DNA of 61,529 nucleotides, the filler included, from Sphacelaria rigidula (Eukaryota), in NCBI GenBank assembly GCA_964200075.2. It is 10 parts of 10 records of this genome, joined end to end, with 100 filler letters (N's around TTAATTAATTAA, not from the genome) between each part and the next. Parts side by side here need not be neighbours in the genome. Positions count along the whole stretch, not along the records: positions 49,306 to 55,367 come from CAXNAA020022486.1; positions 55,468 to 61,529 come from CAXNAA020022487.1; 8 more parts are not named here. One strand, written 5' to 3'. Under the pieces are notes generated by a model that saw nothing but the letters and a program-made list of their open reading frames with translations, was not told where the DNA came from and searched no databases. Numbering within the stretch: the stretch's first letter is position 1; every line of letters starts with the position of its first letter. Below are positions 50,729 through 61,529 of this stretch, piece by piece. The translations under genes were made by a program, and so were the position numbers.

Positions 50729-51825
50729 TAGGTCATCTGTTGAATCGGCATTAACTTCACTTGATTAAGGTATGTATGCGTGGTCCAGACAGATTGAGTA
50801 CCCTCGCGGTCCGAAGGCCAACATCTGTCGCGCTCTGTGATAATGATTACTCTCTTGTGTTGTAGAGGCGGGTTTACCCCCAGTTCGGCGCAAAAGGGTA
50901 TATTGCATACTTAGTTTTTGCCAAACCCTGACGCTAGCGCTAGCGCAAACACCAATCCGAGGTAGACCGAAAACCCTCGAGCAAGGAGGTGGGCCCATTT
51001 GCTATGAATCTGGCTGTTACCGTGAAACGTGTGCTCCACGACCTGCGCGCATCGCACGCTTCGGGAGCTCGTCTCGCGACCGAACCGTCCCTGTAAATAT
51101 GCGAAAATTATGCCGTGCTAAATCCAACTGCATAGTGCATGCATATTCGTATTCATTTGCGCCGAACTGCATGCCGTACACTTCACCGGCAGCGTCCTGC
51201 CGAACTATTCGCATTGTGCCATAACCTGAACAACATCGTATCACTAGGACAGCCCTGTCAGTCCACTGGTGGTGCCCTTGGGCTGGTCATTTCAGTATGA
51301 TATACGTACCAGAACCCGAAGAAATGGGTACTGTGGTTCCATGGAATTTTGATGCGACTGAAACATCCCGCCGGTTATTATATAGCCAATCCACCTCGTA
51401 AAAAGGCACAAAAATATGTTCATTATTCAGACCTGCGGCCCTGTCCGTGGCAAGACAGCAACATGCGTGCCTCAGGAGTAGGCTGGAAGTAGAATGCCGC
51501 CTCAGAATGCTCGAGAATCGGGTCGATGAGAGGAAAATCATCACATAAATCGTTCGCGGTCGGGGCTCGCGAAAACTCAAACTTTGGGATTATTCAGGAA
51601 ATCCGAGTTTCTCAGAGTCGAAAGCCAATTCCATATCTCAACTGTTAAGCTCTCTCCACAAGAACGGGAAAAAAACAAGTGATCGTGTACACACCTCACC
51701 TACCGTACACCATCCATCACCCGACCCCGTCCCCTCACAAAACCTCATCCCCTAAGTGCAGCTACACCCAAGCTATAGCAAACCATCAAGAAACACCGCA
51801 CGCGGCAGCCTCAAGACTCACTTCA

Positions 51826-54800
51826 ATGTCGACTGCAATCGAGAACGGGGCGAAGCGCATCTCCATGGGGAGCGAGGAAAAAGTAAGTTGAGGAAAGAAA
51901 CCACAGATACCCGCGATGATGTCTGAACTGGTTCGAAATTTGGGATACTCCGCACACGTTGCTGCTGCAGACTCAACCAAAGATTGCTCAAATCGGCGGC
52001 GCCAACTGGTGACCCCTTTTGAGCTCTGCCAAGATGGCCGCGGGAGGGTACCAATGTAGGCACTCATGTCGGTCGCCCCGGTGGCTCAGTTGTTAACCTC
52101 GCAACCTTCTGATGGTTGAGTAGTGCGGTTCGATTCCCGGAGCGATCTGGGATTTTTTCTTACACCATGCCCAACAGTGAGTGGAGAGCGACCATGTCGT
52201 GGGTACACAAAATTCGACTTGACGGTCGACGAGGGAACGGGACGGCTGATCCGCTCTCGCGATAAAAAATAAAAAGGCGAGCACCGCAAAAGGAAGGTGG
52301 GGTACTAAAAACAAATAAAAAGTAAAAAGCTCCTGTGTTGACCTTCCTCCTGTTTGACCCCGGCTGATGCGCCCACATATTATCCCGAAAGGGGTAGACT
52401 GGCGCCAAGAATAAATGGGACGACAACACACACACACACACACACACACACATGTCCTCTTTGCTCCGTTCGCGGTGGCATACAAATTTTACTAGTGATA
52501 TCCTGTTGACCTAGGTAATGCGATCAAACGGTTCCTGTGACATGTTGACGTGTTCGGCCGGTGATGGTGAAGATCCCTGAATGTATGTGACTCGTGTTAC
52601 GTGTTGAATTCTCGCGTAGTGACTGCACCTCCCCACGCCCTGTCATCCCTGCCCTCCTCCGCCACTGTCTGTCAACTGCAGGTGATCTACGAGAGGAAGA
52701 TGGAACTGGGTGTGATGTTCGAGAGCGAAGCTTCGGGATCTGGGCGTTCGGGCCCAGGCTACATCCATGCCGATCTCATCCGGGCTGCGGTTGCAGAATT
52801 CATCGGGATGTTGCTCTTCCTCTTTTGCGGTGAGCGTGGTTCTCACATTTGCTGTACTCAGTCTTACACAGTGCAGCACAGTCAGTCAGCCCAGTCTCGG
52901 TACTGTATGAATAAGTGCATCGATACTGTACAGATCGTCGTACCGCAACACACTGCGTACCGCGATACTGCTGCTAGTATTTTGTGGATGGTTGTGCCTA
53001 GGCTGTTCACAGCTGGAGTTTTACCCTGTTACTCGTACACTTGGGATACGAACGCTTTGAACAGCGAATATCATGCATGCGTGACTACGATGAGGTGAGG
53101 CACAAACTCTGTTGTTGGAAGCTCTCGAGTGGTGACATTTTTCCTCACGGGCATGCTTCAACTGTAGTACAGGTATGTACAGGAATGCGGTACAGCACTC
53201 GTACAGCGGTATGCCACTACGGTACATGATATTGATTCATTGATTCATTAAGTACACCGTGCATGGAATTATCGTGCATTAACTACACCATGGATCCAGC
53301 CGTGGTCCCATGCATGATAGACGTACCCCGAGATGAAACTAACGGAAACACTCACTGAAGGAAAGTGGAGGGAAACAGAAGGGGGCAACAGACACAAAGA
53401 AGGATACACTGAAAAGCAAGCATGCGAAGACAAGCACAGAAAAAAAACAGCACTCTGCAACAGGGCTAGCTTCAGGTGGAGAAGGGTCTCTTGGGCAACA
53501 GTACACGCACACCCATACCCATACAGCTCTACAGTCTAGCAGTACAGTCAGTATACTGTAGATTTCGCATGGTGAAATTGGGTAACCTGCTCTCGAAAAT
53601 CCCACTATAATAGAACTGACTGTTGCAACTTGATCCATGTACAGACAGGATTGTTCCTGTAGTCGACAGCGAACGAGATCTTGATATCAAGATCTCTCGG
53701 GGCCTGAGGTCGCATACCTGTTGCCTGGATTAAAAAATATCGTCGGCTGTCGGCGGTGCGCTGTTGCACACTACATTGTATGACTGTACCGTTGTCATGC
53801 GTGAGAGGACCGCGTGCTTAGAGGACCGCATCGGAGATGAAACATGCCTATGGTCTAAGCACGCGGTCCTCTCACGCATTACACCGTACCGTACCGTACC
53901 GTGCCGAACCGATCATAAAATACGCTCGTGAAACCTGCAACATGCCGCTCCGCAACTCCGTACGTGTATCATCGATGATTTTGCACATGCATCTGTGCAT
54001 ATACTACTGCAGTTTCAAATAAGTGAATATTATTGTTTTGTAGGGCATCCCTTAACCCTTTCTTTGACGGCGAGGGTAGGTCACCTGCTGAATCGGCATC
54101 AATGTTTAAAGAAGTATGCGACCTCCAGATGGAGTACCCCCAACGCGGTCTAAGGGTCAACTCGATTGCAATCACTTGTTTTGACTGCGTGCGCCCACTC
54201 CTACTCCGCAGTGATCACGATTGCCCGCTTCTTGCCCGGAGAGGAGGTGGCGAAGTTTGCCACCAGTGCGACTACCATGATTTCCTTCGGTTTCGGCCTG
54301 TCCATCTTCGTGCTCGTGTAAGTTACACCTGCCCGCTCTTGACTCACCGTTAAACGTACGATAGGCCTCGTGGAATAGTTGACAATATCATGACCTAGGG
54401 GTATCCCAACCACGGGTAGGTAGGTATTGACATCGCTTTGAAATGGGTATATAATGAGATAACGTGTCCGTCCGACTGCGAGCGCTCGGGTTCACACACG
54501 ATGGTTGCGATACACATTCTCGGAATGACACTCCTCCCTTTCATTTTAATATTCCGTAGCGAATGACTGTGCATGAAATGGAGGGAAAAGTGGTGTCTGC
54601 GGTTGTGTCCCTGAAGTACGATCCACTCGCCGCATGCAAAGCACATCTCATCGTTCGTCACGCCGTCGTGGACGGGCGCTTGGTACTGTGTTCCGTCACT
54701 GTATTATGCAGCAAGGCCATTTGCGAGTCAGGTAAGAGTGTGATGAGATGTTCCTTTCTCGGTTTTCTCGAGAGCTGCGGTGACCACACCGTTAAAAGCT

Positions 54801-55165
54801 GATCTGCAAGCCCTCGCCGGGAGCTGTTTACTCAGGAGTTAGTTCCTCGTGATGGCCGATGGATACAGCTGCCCGCGTGCATACTACCGACGCTCGGCAG
54901 GCTCCAGCATCGGCCTGATGTGATATTTGATTTTGTGGATACAGATATCGATATCTGGTGCATACGACAAAACTCCTGATGACAACGAAATTCCACTCTC
55001 GTCGTGCCCTGATTGTTGCTGTTGTATCGCACGTTCGTTCGGGGATGTTGCAGATACGTCCTGGCTGAAGTGTCTGGCGCCAACCTCAACCCGGCTGTAT
55101 CCCTCGGCCTTCTGATCGGCAGACGCATCAGCATCGAGCGTTTTGTCCTCTACTTTATCGCGCAG
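51826..55165 (+). CDS. Aquaporin / major intrinsic protein, 5' half (exons 51826-51882, 52682-52829, 54212-54317, 55054-55165; 141 aa; remainder beyond the contig end)
   Basis: Four GT-AG exons join in frame (phases 0,1,2): MSTAIENG...LIRAAVAEFIGMLLFLFCVITIA...MISFGFGLSIFVLVYVLAEVSGANLNPAVSLGLLIGRRISIERFVLYFIAQ; AEF, first NPA and YxxAQ motifs. Confidence 0.93.
52071..52450 (+). mobile_element. Full-length SINE family A in aquaporin intron 1
   Basis: A box TGGCTCAGTTG, B box GGTTCGATTCCC, (CA)n tail, TSD CA(C/T)-CATGTC type (CACTCATGTC / CACACATGTC). Confidence 0.88.
52682..52829 (+). CDS. Aquaporin exon 2 (TM1, AEF motif)
   Basis: CTGCAG acceptor, G|GTGAGC donor; RAAVAEFIGMLLFLF. Confidence 0.9.
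53797..53879. repeat. Short hairpin (MITE-like) in aquaporin intron 2
   Basis: 26-bp perfect inverted repeat ATGCGTGAGAGGACCGCGTGCTTAGA. Confidence 0.75.
54212..54317 (+). CDS. Aquaporin exon 3 (loop A, TM2)
   Basis: CCGCAG acceptor, GT|GTAAGT donor; ISFGFGLSIFVLV. Confidence 0.88.
55054..55165 (+). CDS. Aquaporin exon 4 (first NPA, TM3)
   Basis: TTGCAG acceptor, CAG|GTATTT donor; SGANLNPAVS...YFIAQ. Confidence 0.92.
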
Positions 55166-55601
55166 GTATTTCAGTCGCTCGCGCATCATGCACGATGAGT
55201 ACCGTGTAAGTACATGGCAGGACGTACTTGGTTGGACGATAATGAAGTGGTGTCCATGCCAGGAAATGGATGACAGAGCTCGCCGCCTGCTTCACCCGTA
55301 CAGGGGGGGGGGGGGGGGGGCCCACCCCCCCCCCTCACCCAGGCACACCGCCGCCGCACGTTCGCACNNNNNNNNNNNNNNNNNNNNNNNNNNNNNNNNN
55401 NNNNNNNNNNNTTAATTAATTAANNNNNNNNNNNNNNNNNNNNNNNNNNNNNNNNNNNNNNNNNNNNGCCACTTCAGCCCCATATTTTGTATGAACCCCA
55501 AAATATAAAATCGGCTGTTAATTTGTAAAATCACGTGGTTAAGTACGTATTCATTACCGAGTAATGCTACGGTAGGGGTTGTACTTTTTGGTTTTGGGGA
55601 T

Positions 55602-56975
55602 TGAAGTGGTTCGAGGTTACGAATTTCTGAGATATCCACGCCTATACATCCACAGAGTTAGAACCGGTGAAGCAGGAAGACACGGTGGTAAATCGACCGT
55701 ACAGAAGTGTAGTAGGAGGACTTGATGTGGTTGGCAGGTGTGACTAGGCCCGACATAACCGATGTAGCACAGGCTCTGGCTCGCCAGTCACATGGTTCGT
55801 GTGAAAGGCAATGGCAAGAAGTTCCAAACGTCTTAGCAAACCTGAATTGGACTTGGAACTACGTTCCATCGTTTAGTTTAGGAGATAGTGTGTTTTCGGT
55901 GTACTGTGCGATGCCGACTACGCAAAGAATGAGACGGGCCGGCGATCGGTTTCCGCAATGACGGAAACGTGCGGAGGAGTGGCAGTGTCCAGTACCAATC
56001 GCACGCAACACTGCGCTACCCGGTCCATCACCGAGGCCGAGTATGTGGCAATGGCTCAGGGAGCGAAGGAATGTGTGTTTATCAGGTCGGTCCTGCCTTT
56101 CTTACGATCAAGGTTGGTGCTGGGACGAGCGGCAGAATATGATATTGTGGGGCCCAGGCTCTGACGGCAGAATATGGTACATTGTTCTTTACGAGGACAA
56201 CGAGGGAGCTCAGGCTCTGACCGAAAACCCACTCAGTTCAGGTCGCATTAAACACATAGACGTATGATGCCGTTTTATTCGGGACTTGGGGAAGACAAAT
56301 CCATGAAGATAGTGCGTATAGATTCAGAGTGGCAGCACGCTGATATTCTGACGAATTCGCTCCCAGCCACATTGTGCAAGAGGGACCCACGCGCCTTGAT
56401 GAATGTGAGGAACAATGAGTCGGCATCTTATTTCTTTTTCATGTGTCTACCGATTCGTGAGCTCTAGATGTTTCAGGTCATGGTTTCTGTGATGCATTTG
56501 TGCGTATAGCTTGTGAAGCCGCTCATGCTACTTGACGGGGTATGGGTTCGTAGGGCGTTTCCCGATGTACCGTGCATGTGACCTGGCCTTGGCGTCTACA
56601 AAAAAAGAGTCATTGGATTTTGAGCACAAGCGTTGAGATTCGTGTGAACGGGGTTTTGCTCAAACGACCGGGTTTCTTCCCTATAATTATTTTCTATAAA
56701 AAGACAGCTTTAAGCACTGAAGTATCAGACCAAGGGGGGTGTTCGAATGATTCCTTTACATCCAGCAGGATCGGATCTTTGTGAACAGGGGATCGGGGTG
56801 ACGTACGAGTCCTGACGATCAAGGATGTGCAAATGTGGTGTAGTGCAGTAGATGCGAGACCCTCACAGCCCCGCCTGGACCACCCATCAGCTTCTCCCTC
56901 TCTTCTACACTCTCCTGACTTATAGCGTTACTTGGATGCTCTCTAATGAACAATGAAGCGTCTACGCTGTGCCTG
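55602..56975 (+). mobile_element. Ty1/Copia 3' half: RT C-terminus, RNase H, PPT, partial 3' LTR
   Basis: PYRSVVGGLMWLAGVTRPDI; DADY; SITEAEYVAM; YEDNEGA...KHIDV; QHADILT; PPT AAGGGGGG then TGTTCGAATG at 56740. Confidence 0.92.
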
Positions 56976-57051
56976 AGGCAGAGTGATGCTACGGCAGGCG
57001 TTGCGCTTTTTTTAGCTAAAAGGGTTCTCGGGGCTGCTCGGGGTGTTGGAA

Positions 57052-57121
57052 GGGCCATTTTGTAAATCGGCATCATTTTTACTTGAAAAAGACTAGAATG
57101 ATGCCGATTCACAAAAGGCCC
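57052..57121. repeat. 70-bp hairpin mini-element
   Basis: GGGCCATTTTGTAAATCGGCATCATT ... AATGATGCCGATTCACAAAAGGCCC. Confidence 0.65.
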
Positions 57122-57214
57122 CTGCGTGCAAACACTGTCTTTCCGGGAGTCCGGTCCCCCAAGGGATAGGGTTGCACAGTAAGCCCCATATATAGTTGTG
57201 CTCCCACAGGTAGG

Positions 57215-60200
57215 AGAGGGTGTCAATGAAAGTTGAACGGTTTATGTACGTCGTAGCCTTTTTTCGGTCCCTCCCCATCGCACACCTCATGTACCACTGA
57301 ACTTTGCCAAGATTGTAGGATCACTATTGTTTAGAATCTTGCACGCACTCGCCTCTCTTTTCGTTTCTCCTCCGATCAAAATGTCTTCTACATGCACAGC
57401 TAATGTGATATGCACACGCCCCCCTTCTTCTTGAAAACACAAGCGCCAGCTTGGCTTTGTGTTTTTCCCACATCCTCTATTAAACTTTAGAAGGAGAGAA
57501 GGGACCATTGCCTCCCTGCCTGCTTGATGCCACAAATCGATCTATTGAGTTTTACTGCGGGTCTCGTGAGGGGGCCACACCCTTCTGAGAGCTTTATGTA
57601 CACATTCGTGTACATATTTGCTCGTACAAAAACCTGGGTGACATCACAGGGGTTCAGTGGCCATCCCTCCTGCACTGACACGGCCATGACCAACATTATC
57701 GATGTCATGACTGTAGTGGCTGCAAAAGGCTCAAGGTAGTCTACAGCAAATCTCTATGCAAAACCACTTGCAACAAGTCTCACCTTTGCTTTGGTGATTA
57801 ATCCATCGACGTCGGTCTTCCAACTGAACACCCACTTTGGTGTTGTGATGTTTATTGCTCCTGGAATTGCGTCACTCGAGAAGGTACCAGCGTGTTTATG
57901 CCCATTTGACTCTGCGCGCATGGCCCTCAATCATACTTCCCCTGTACTCCGGTTTTGCTACGTCATATACCGTCAAGGGGGGAGTCTTGACATCCCTCAC
58001 ATGCAAGCCGATGGGGGAACGCAAACCAAAGCTGGACTCTTTTTCTACGTGGTTTGCCGCCAAACAAAAATGTTCGTGCTCCGTGAAAGTCTCCTCAATC
58101 ACCAGGGTTGCGCTGCCCCCCGCCTCCTGTCCAGCTGCTGCAGTGATCAGGTCCGTTGTCTCGAACCTATCCCTCGCCATTCCAGACAGTTCTATTCCCG
58201 CTTCCGCTCTCGTCAGCAGGCAGGAGAGGTATTCCTCCGTCTGCGCCTGCAAGAGCTCCTCCACCTCTTCGGTCGCCGTTTCTAACCCTTCCCGATCAGC
58301 TGCCGCTCTTGTCGCACCGCACGTACGACCTGTCATTTGGGGAGACAGAGGTCGTTGAGTGCAACACAGCGGATTCCGCCCTTTTGAGTTCAAGAGCACA
58401 ACCGCCCCCCCCCCGTCGTAGTGCTCGGGGGTGTCGACGGTTATCGGCGGCGAAGATGACGGGATGGTTGATGATGAGACCGCCGGTGAGTGCGGTGCCG
58501 GCGATGCGGGTGGCTGCCCTGTCAGCGTTGTTGGTGTTGCCACCACTGCTGCTGTCGGCGTCGATATTCAGCGTTGACTGCTTGGTCTAGTCGAGAAATC
58601 CCCCTAACGAATCGCAGGGTCTCATCTCGCCGCTCAGCTTCGCTACGAGCTGCTTTGTGGCCTTGCGCAGGACGCCCTCGTGTGCGTGAGCGTGGAGACA
58701 ATGAAAATCGTTGATATCAACGAGCCGAGGGTTGGATAGCGCTCCCGGTGCAATTACAGCGCATGCCGACGCATTTTTGTCACGACTTACTGGGCGTAGT
58801 CGGTGGGCGTACAGTTTCAGGAGATGATGCGGACCGGGTATGTTCAGGGTGTTGCCTGACTTCAACTCAACCAGAGGGCCGTCACGTGTTCCAGTGTAGG
58901 TGTGGTCTGCCGCAGAGATCCCAGTCAGTGACTATATATTGCGACGAACGCCTGGCGCACGGTCTACATTTGTTTTATATAGCATTACCCTACATCCATC
59001 AGATCTGCAGGTGAGAGTCAGTTTCCTCTGCCAACGATCGGGTACGTGCCGCCGCCCGCACACCGCAGTACCCAATTCTTGGATTCTCGATACTCCGTCA
59101 TCGTACTAGAAGCTGGCAAAACATGCTGAGTTGCCCCCGTGTCAAGCACCGATGATTCGCACCCATATTGCTGCTCTACATCCCCGTCTCAACAGCAAAT
59201 GCGAACTCGCCTGTGGTTTCTTCGGTGGCTTTCGTCATGTCTACGCTGGTGAAAGTCTCGGCCTCAGCATTCGAGCATATGGAGTCGTCGTCGACCTAAC
59301 GACGATTTCCCTCATGAGTGGGCCCTCCCTGTCCTCCAGCGCTCGTTTCTGGATATTGTACTCGGTGGGAAGGGCATTTACAAATTGAAGGAGAGTTGAC
59401 GCTCCCGTCAGGTTGATGTTGTCGTCATGTGATCTCAACTGCCTGGTCACTTCTTCCGTTTCGATCAGTTCCTGAATCGGGTTACCCGAATGCCAATTTT
59501 CACATGATCATACGTTTCCAACAGTGCTAGTCTATCCCGATCGGTCTGGGGACAGTGGAGCTCGTTCAGGTCACGCCACACAGCTGCAAAATACGGAATT
59601 CGAAACAGGATATCTTGGTTCCTTTGGTGATCCAGACTCGCCGCTAACATCTGTCTTGCTCCCATGTTTACCGCTACGATGTCTGCCGTGCCTTGACTCT
59701 CGGAAACGCATGAACAACTCCGTGTCACGCCTTCCACACCGTACGAAATATCGTCAAACATGGTGAAAACCTCTCCTCGCTACTAGCAAAATTGATGAGT
59801 TCGTGTTTATAGTTGGAAGACCCGAGCTTTTCCAGACAAGTTTGGAGCAGTAGCCTTGATAACTGGAAAACTGACAAGGTTTGTACACGTGGTCGATCAT
59901 GACCGTACACAGCGACTGACTCACTTGCGGGGTCCATACTTCTTGCTCCGTCGCTTCCACCCCTGTGGTCGTACCCCGTTGGAGCTGCCTGCTCGCTTTC
60001 GCGACAGTGTCGACGGACTTCTGCTACGCTGTGGTGGGCTGAGCTATCACCCGGGCGTGGGTTTTATTCTTGTATCGCTCGAGTGTCTCCTCCAGGAGAC
60101 CCTTCGCTTTCGATGATGTCACTCTAATTCACACCACCGGATTCGCGATCATCTCCAAAGCCATCTACTCTACTTTGTAATGCAGTCTGCCTTGACTGCA

Positions 60201-60604
60201 CGCCCCCAACACGATCAGCGAGTGCACTGAACTGACTGTTGAACCGGCTCATCATCTTTGCAAGTTGAGCACTTACTTCATCCGCCCTCTATACAATAGA
60301 GGTAGCAGCTCCATCGTTCCCAGCATACTCGCCCAAGCGATTAAACACTAGTGTATTCGTCGGTTCAAGCACAGCGTAGACGGTTTATGTTGTTTATTAT
60401 AGAGCACCCAGGTGATGCCATAACTCGGGAGAGTGTAAATGAAAGGGAGAAGCTGATGAATGACCCAGGCGGAGTCATGAGGGCCTCGCGTCTACCGCAC
60501 TGTACCACATTTGCACATGATTGACTGCCAGGACTCGTACGTCACCCCTGTCCCTTGTTCTACGTAGATCCGATCCAACTGAGTGTATCGGAATCATTCG
60601 AGCA
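57215..60604 (-). mobile_element. Ty1/Copia 5' half: 5' LTR (60237-60604), gag, pre-integrase Zn motif, integrase core missing, RT N-part
   Basis: FVNALPTEYNIQKRAL (gag); DINDFHCLHAHAHEGVLRK...RPC; KWVFSWKTDVDGLITKAKVRLVASGF; DVTQVFV; GIKQAGRQW; AVHVEDIL; LTR homologous to 56740-56975. Confidence 0.9.
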
Positions 60605-61469
60605 ATACTCTGAGTATTTGGACAACTCGGCGCCTTTCGGTGAGACCAGAGGTTGAGGGCAAAAGGAGCCCAGCAGATTGTTGGATGCTGGAGCAACGCC
60701 TGACAGTGTAGACATAAATGTATGCGAGTTTGACGTGTGGTTCATTAGAACGCTCCTGAAACATGAATCTCATCAACGGACGAGGATGCAGAGTCACGGT
60801 CCGCCCTATATGCATCGTGTGGTGTGTGCTCCCCTCACCTCAATTCCGACATCCACCACAGTTGCTGTGTACAGGCCCGAAACGAACCGGGGCACAGGCG
60901 CTGTCGTAACGTCATTCATCGTCAGTGGTATGTCCACTTCCTCGACGAGGCCGAGACCCACATGGTTCGGATTTGAAGGGGAAACGTTTCTGACCGAAAC
61001 GTTCATATCCAATTGATGTAAAACAGTAGTTCGAGGCTCTGACGGAGAGTACGTTGGCTTTCCTTCGTCCTCGTTGCTATGACTGCAGTCACCGTTGCCA
61101 CTTGGCACACGCTTAACTCTAGTTCTAAAGTGTAGCTTTGCTGGTTCCTTCGCTCGCTTCTTGCACCATTTGGCCATTATCCATCTCCCTGAATAGTTTT
61201 TGATGTCACTATCTCCACCACTCGCGGCCGCCACTCTCCTTCTGCTTCCTCGTCTCTTGCTTCGTTTGCGCAGAAACTTGTTGAGTTCCCGACAGTGAGT
61301 GTAATGCTGATGACGTACTACGTTCGCGTGTTCCGCTCGTGGAGAATGCTCATTAGGCACGAAAGGACAATGTGGCGTGCAGAGTGAGCAACGGCTCTGC
61401 TAGGGTCTACGGTTTCGGTAGTGTCTTTGAGTCCCGATAAGCAACGGTGCGGCGAGCTGTCGTTGTGTG

Positions 61470-61529
61470 TGGGGGGGTGTACTTATGATCATGCATGCCA
61501 TAGTCATCAGACCATTGACCTCGCATCCC
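61470..61529 (-). mobile_element. Family F2 3' end with C-tail, cut by the window end
   Basis: Reverse complement GGGATGCGAGGTCAATGGTCTGATGACTATGGCATGCATGATCATAAGTACACCCCCCC. Confidence 0.8.

Noticed and set aside
52071..52150. tRNA genes (also near 3370-3439, 26160-26240, 27930-28003, 40600-40673)
   Set aside because: A/B boxes are present but no convincing cloverleaf; each continues into a shared body with tail and, in some copies, a TSD, so they are SINE heads.
60806..61360. 184-aa ORF beside the Copia LTR as a real gene
   Set aside because: No recognisable motif, no splice signals or codon bias noticed; left unassigned.
55166..61529. Copia element as an insertion in aquaporin intron 4
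   Set aside because: An artificial spacer at 55368-55467 separates two unlinked contigs.

Overview
This is eukaryotic, TE-dominated DNA, most likely from a brown alga or related stramenopile (inferred from ~50% GC, short exons in long repeat-filled introns, and the character of the LTR polyproteins). The window is not one locus. It is ten contigs of 6064-6062 bp, sorted by decreasing length and joined by 100-bp spacers (44N-TTAATTAATTAA-44N), so adjacency across spacers means nothing. Host genes are sparse: four 5' exons of an aquaporin/MIP (51826-55165,+), one RNB-domain (RNase II/R family) exon (34045-34278,+) and one unidentified exon (1021-1197,-). The rest is two decayed Gypsy elements, one Copia apparently split into two inverted halves, hAT/Harbinger/mariner/piggyBac-type non-autonomous elements with clean TSDs, and two tRNA-derived SINE families. 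Two observations stand out. (1) A non-LTR retrotransposon system ends in poly(C) rather than poly(A) and inserts into C/G homopolymer runs; it comprises a LINE, a recurring ~66-nt mini-element and a ~400-bp non-coding partner sharing the same 3' end. (2) A Gypsy polyprotein carries a CCCH-type zinc finger in gag and a chromodomain-like plus Tudor-like pair after integrase. All domain calls are by eye; no database search was run.
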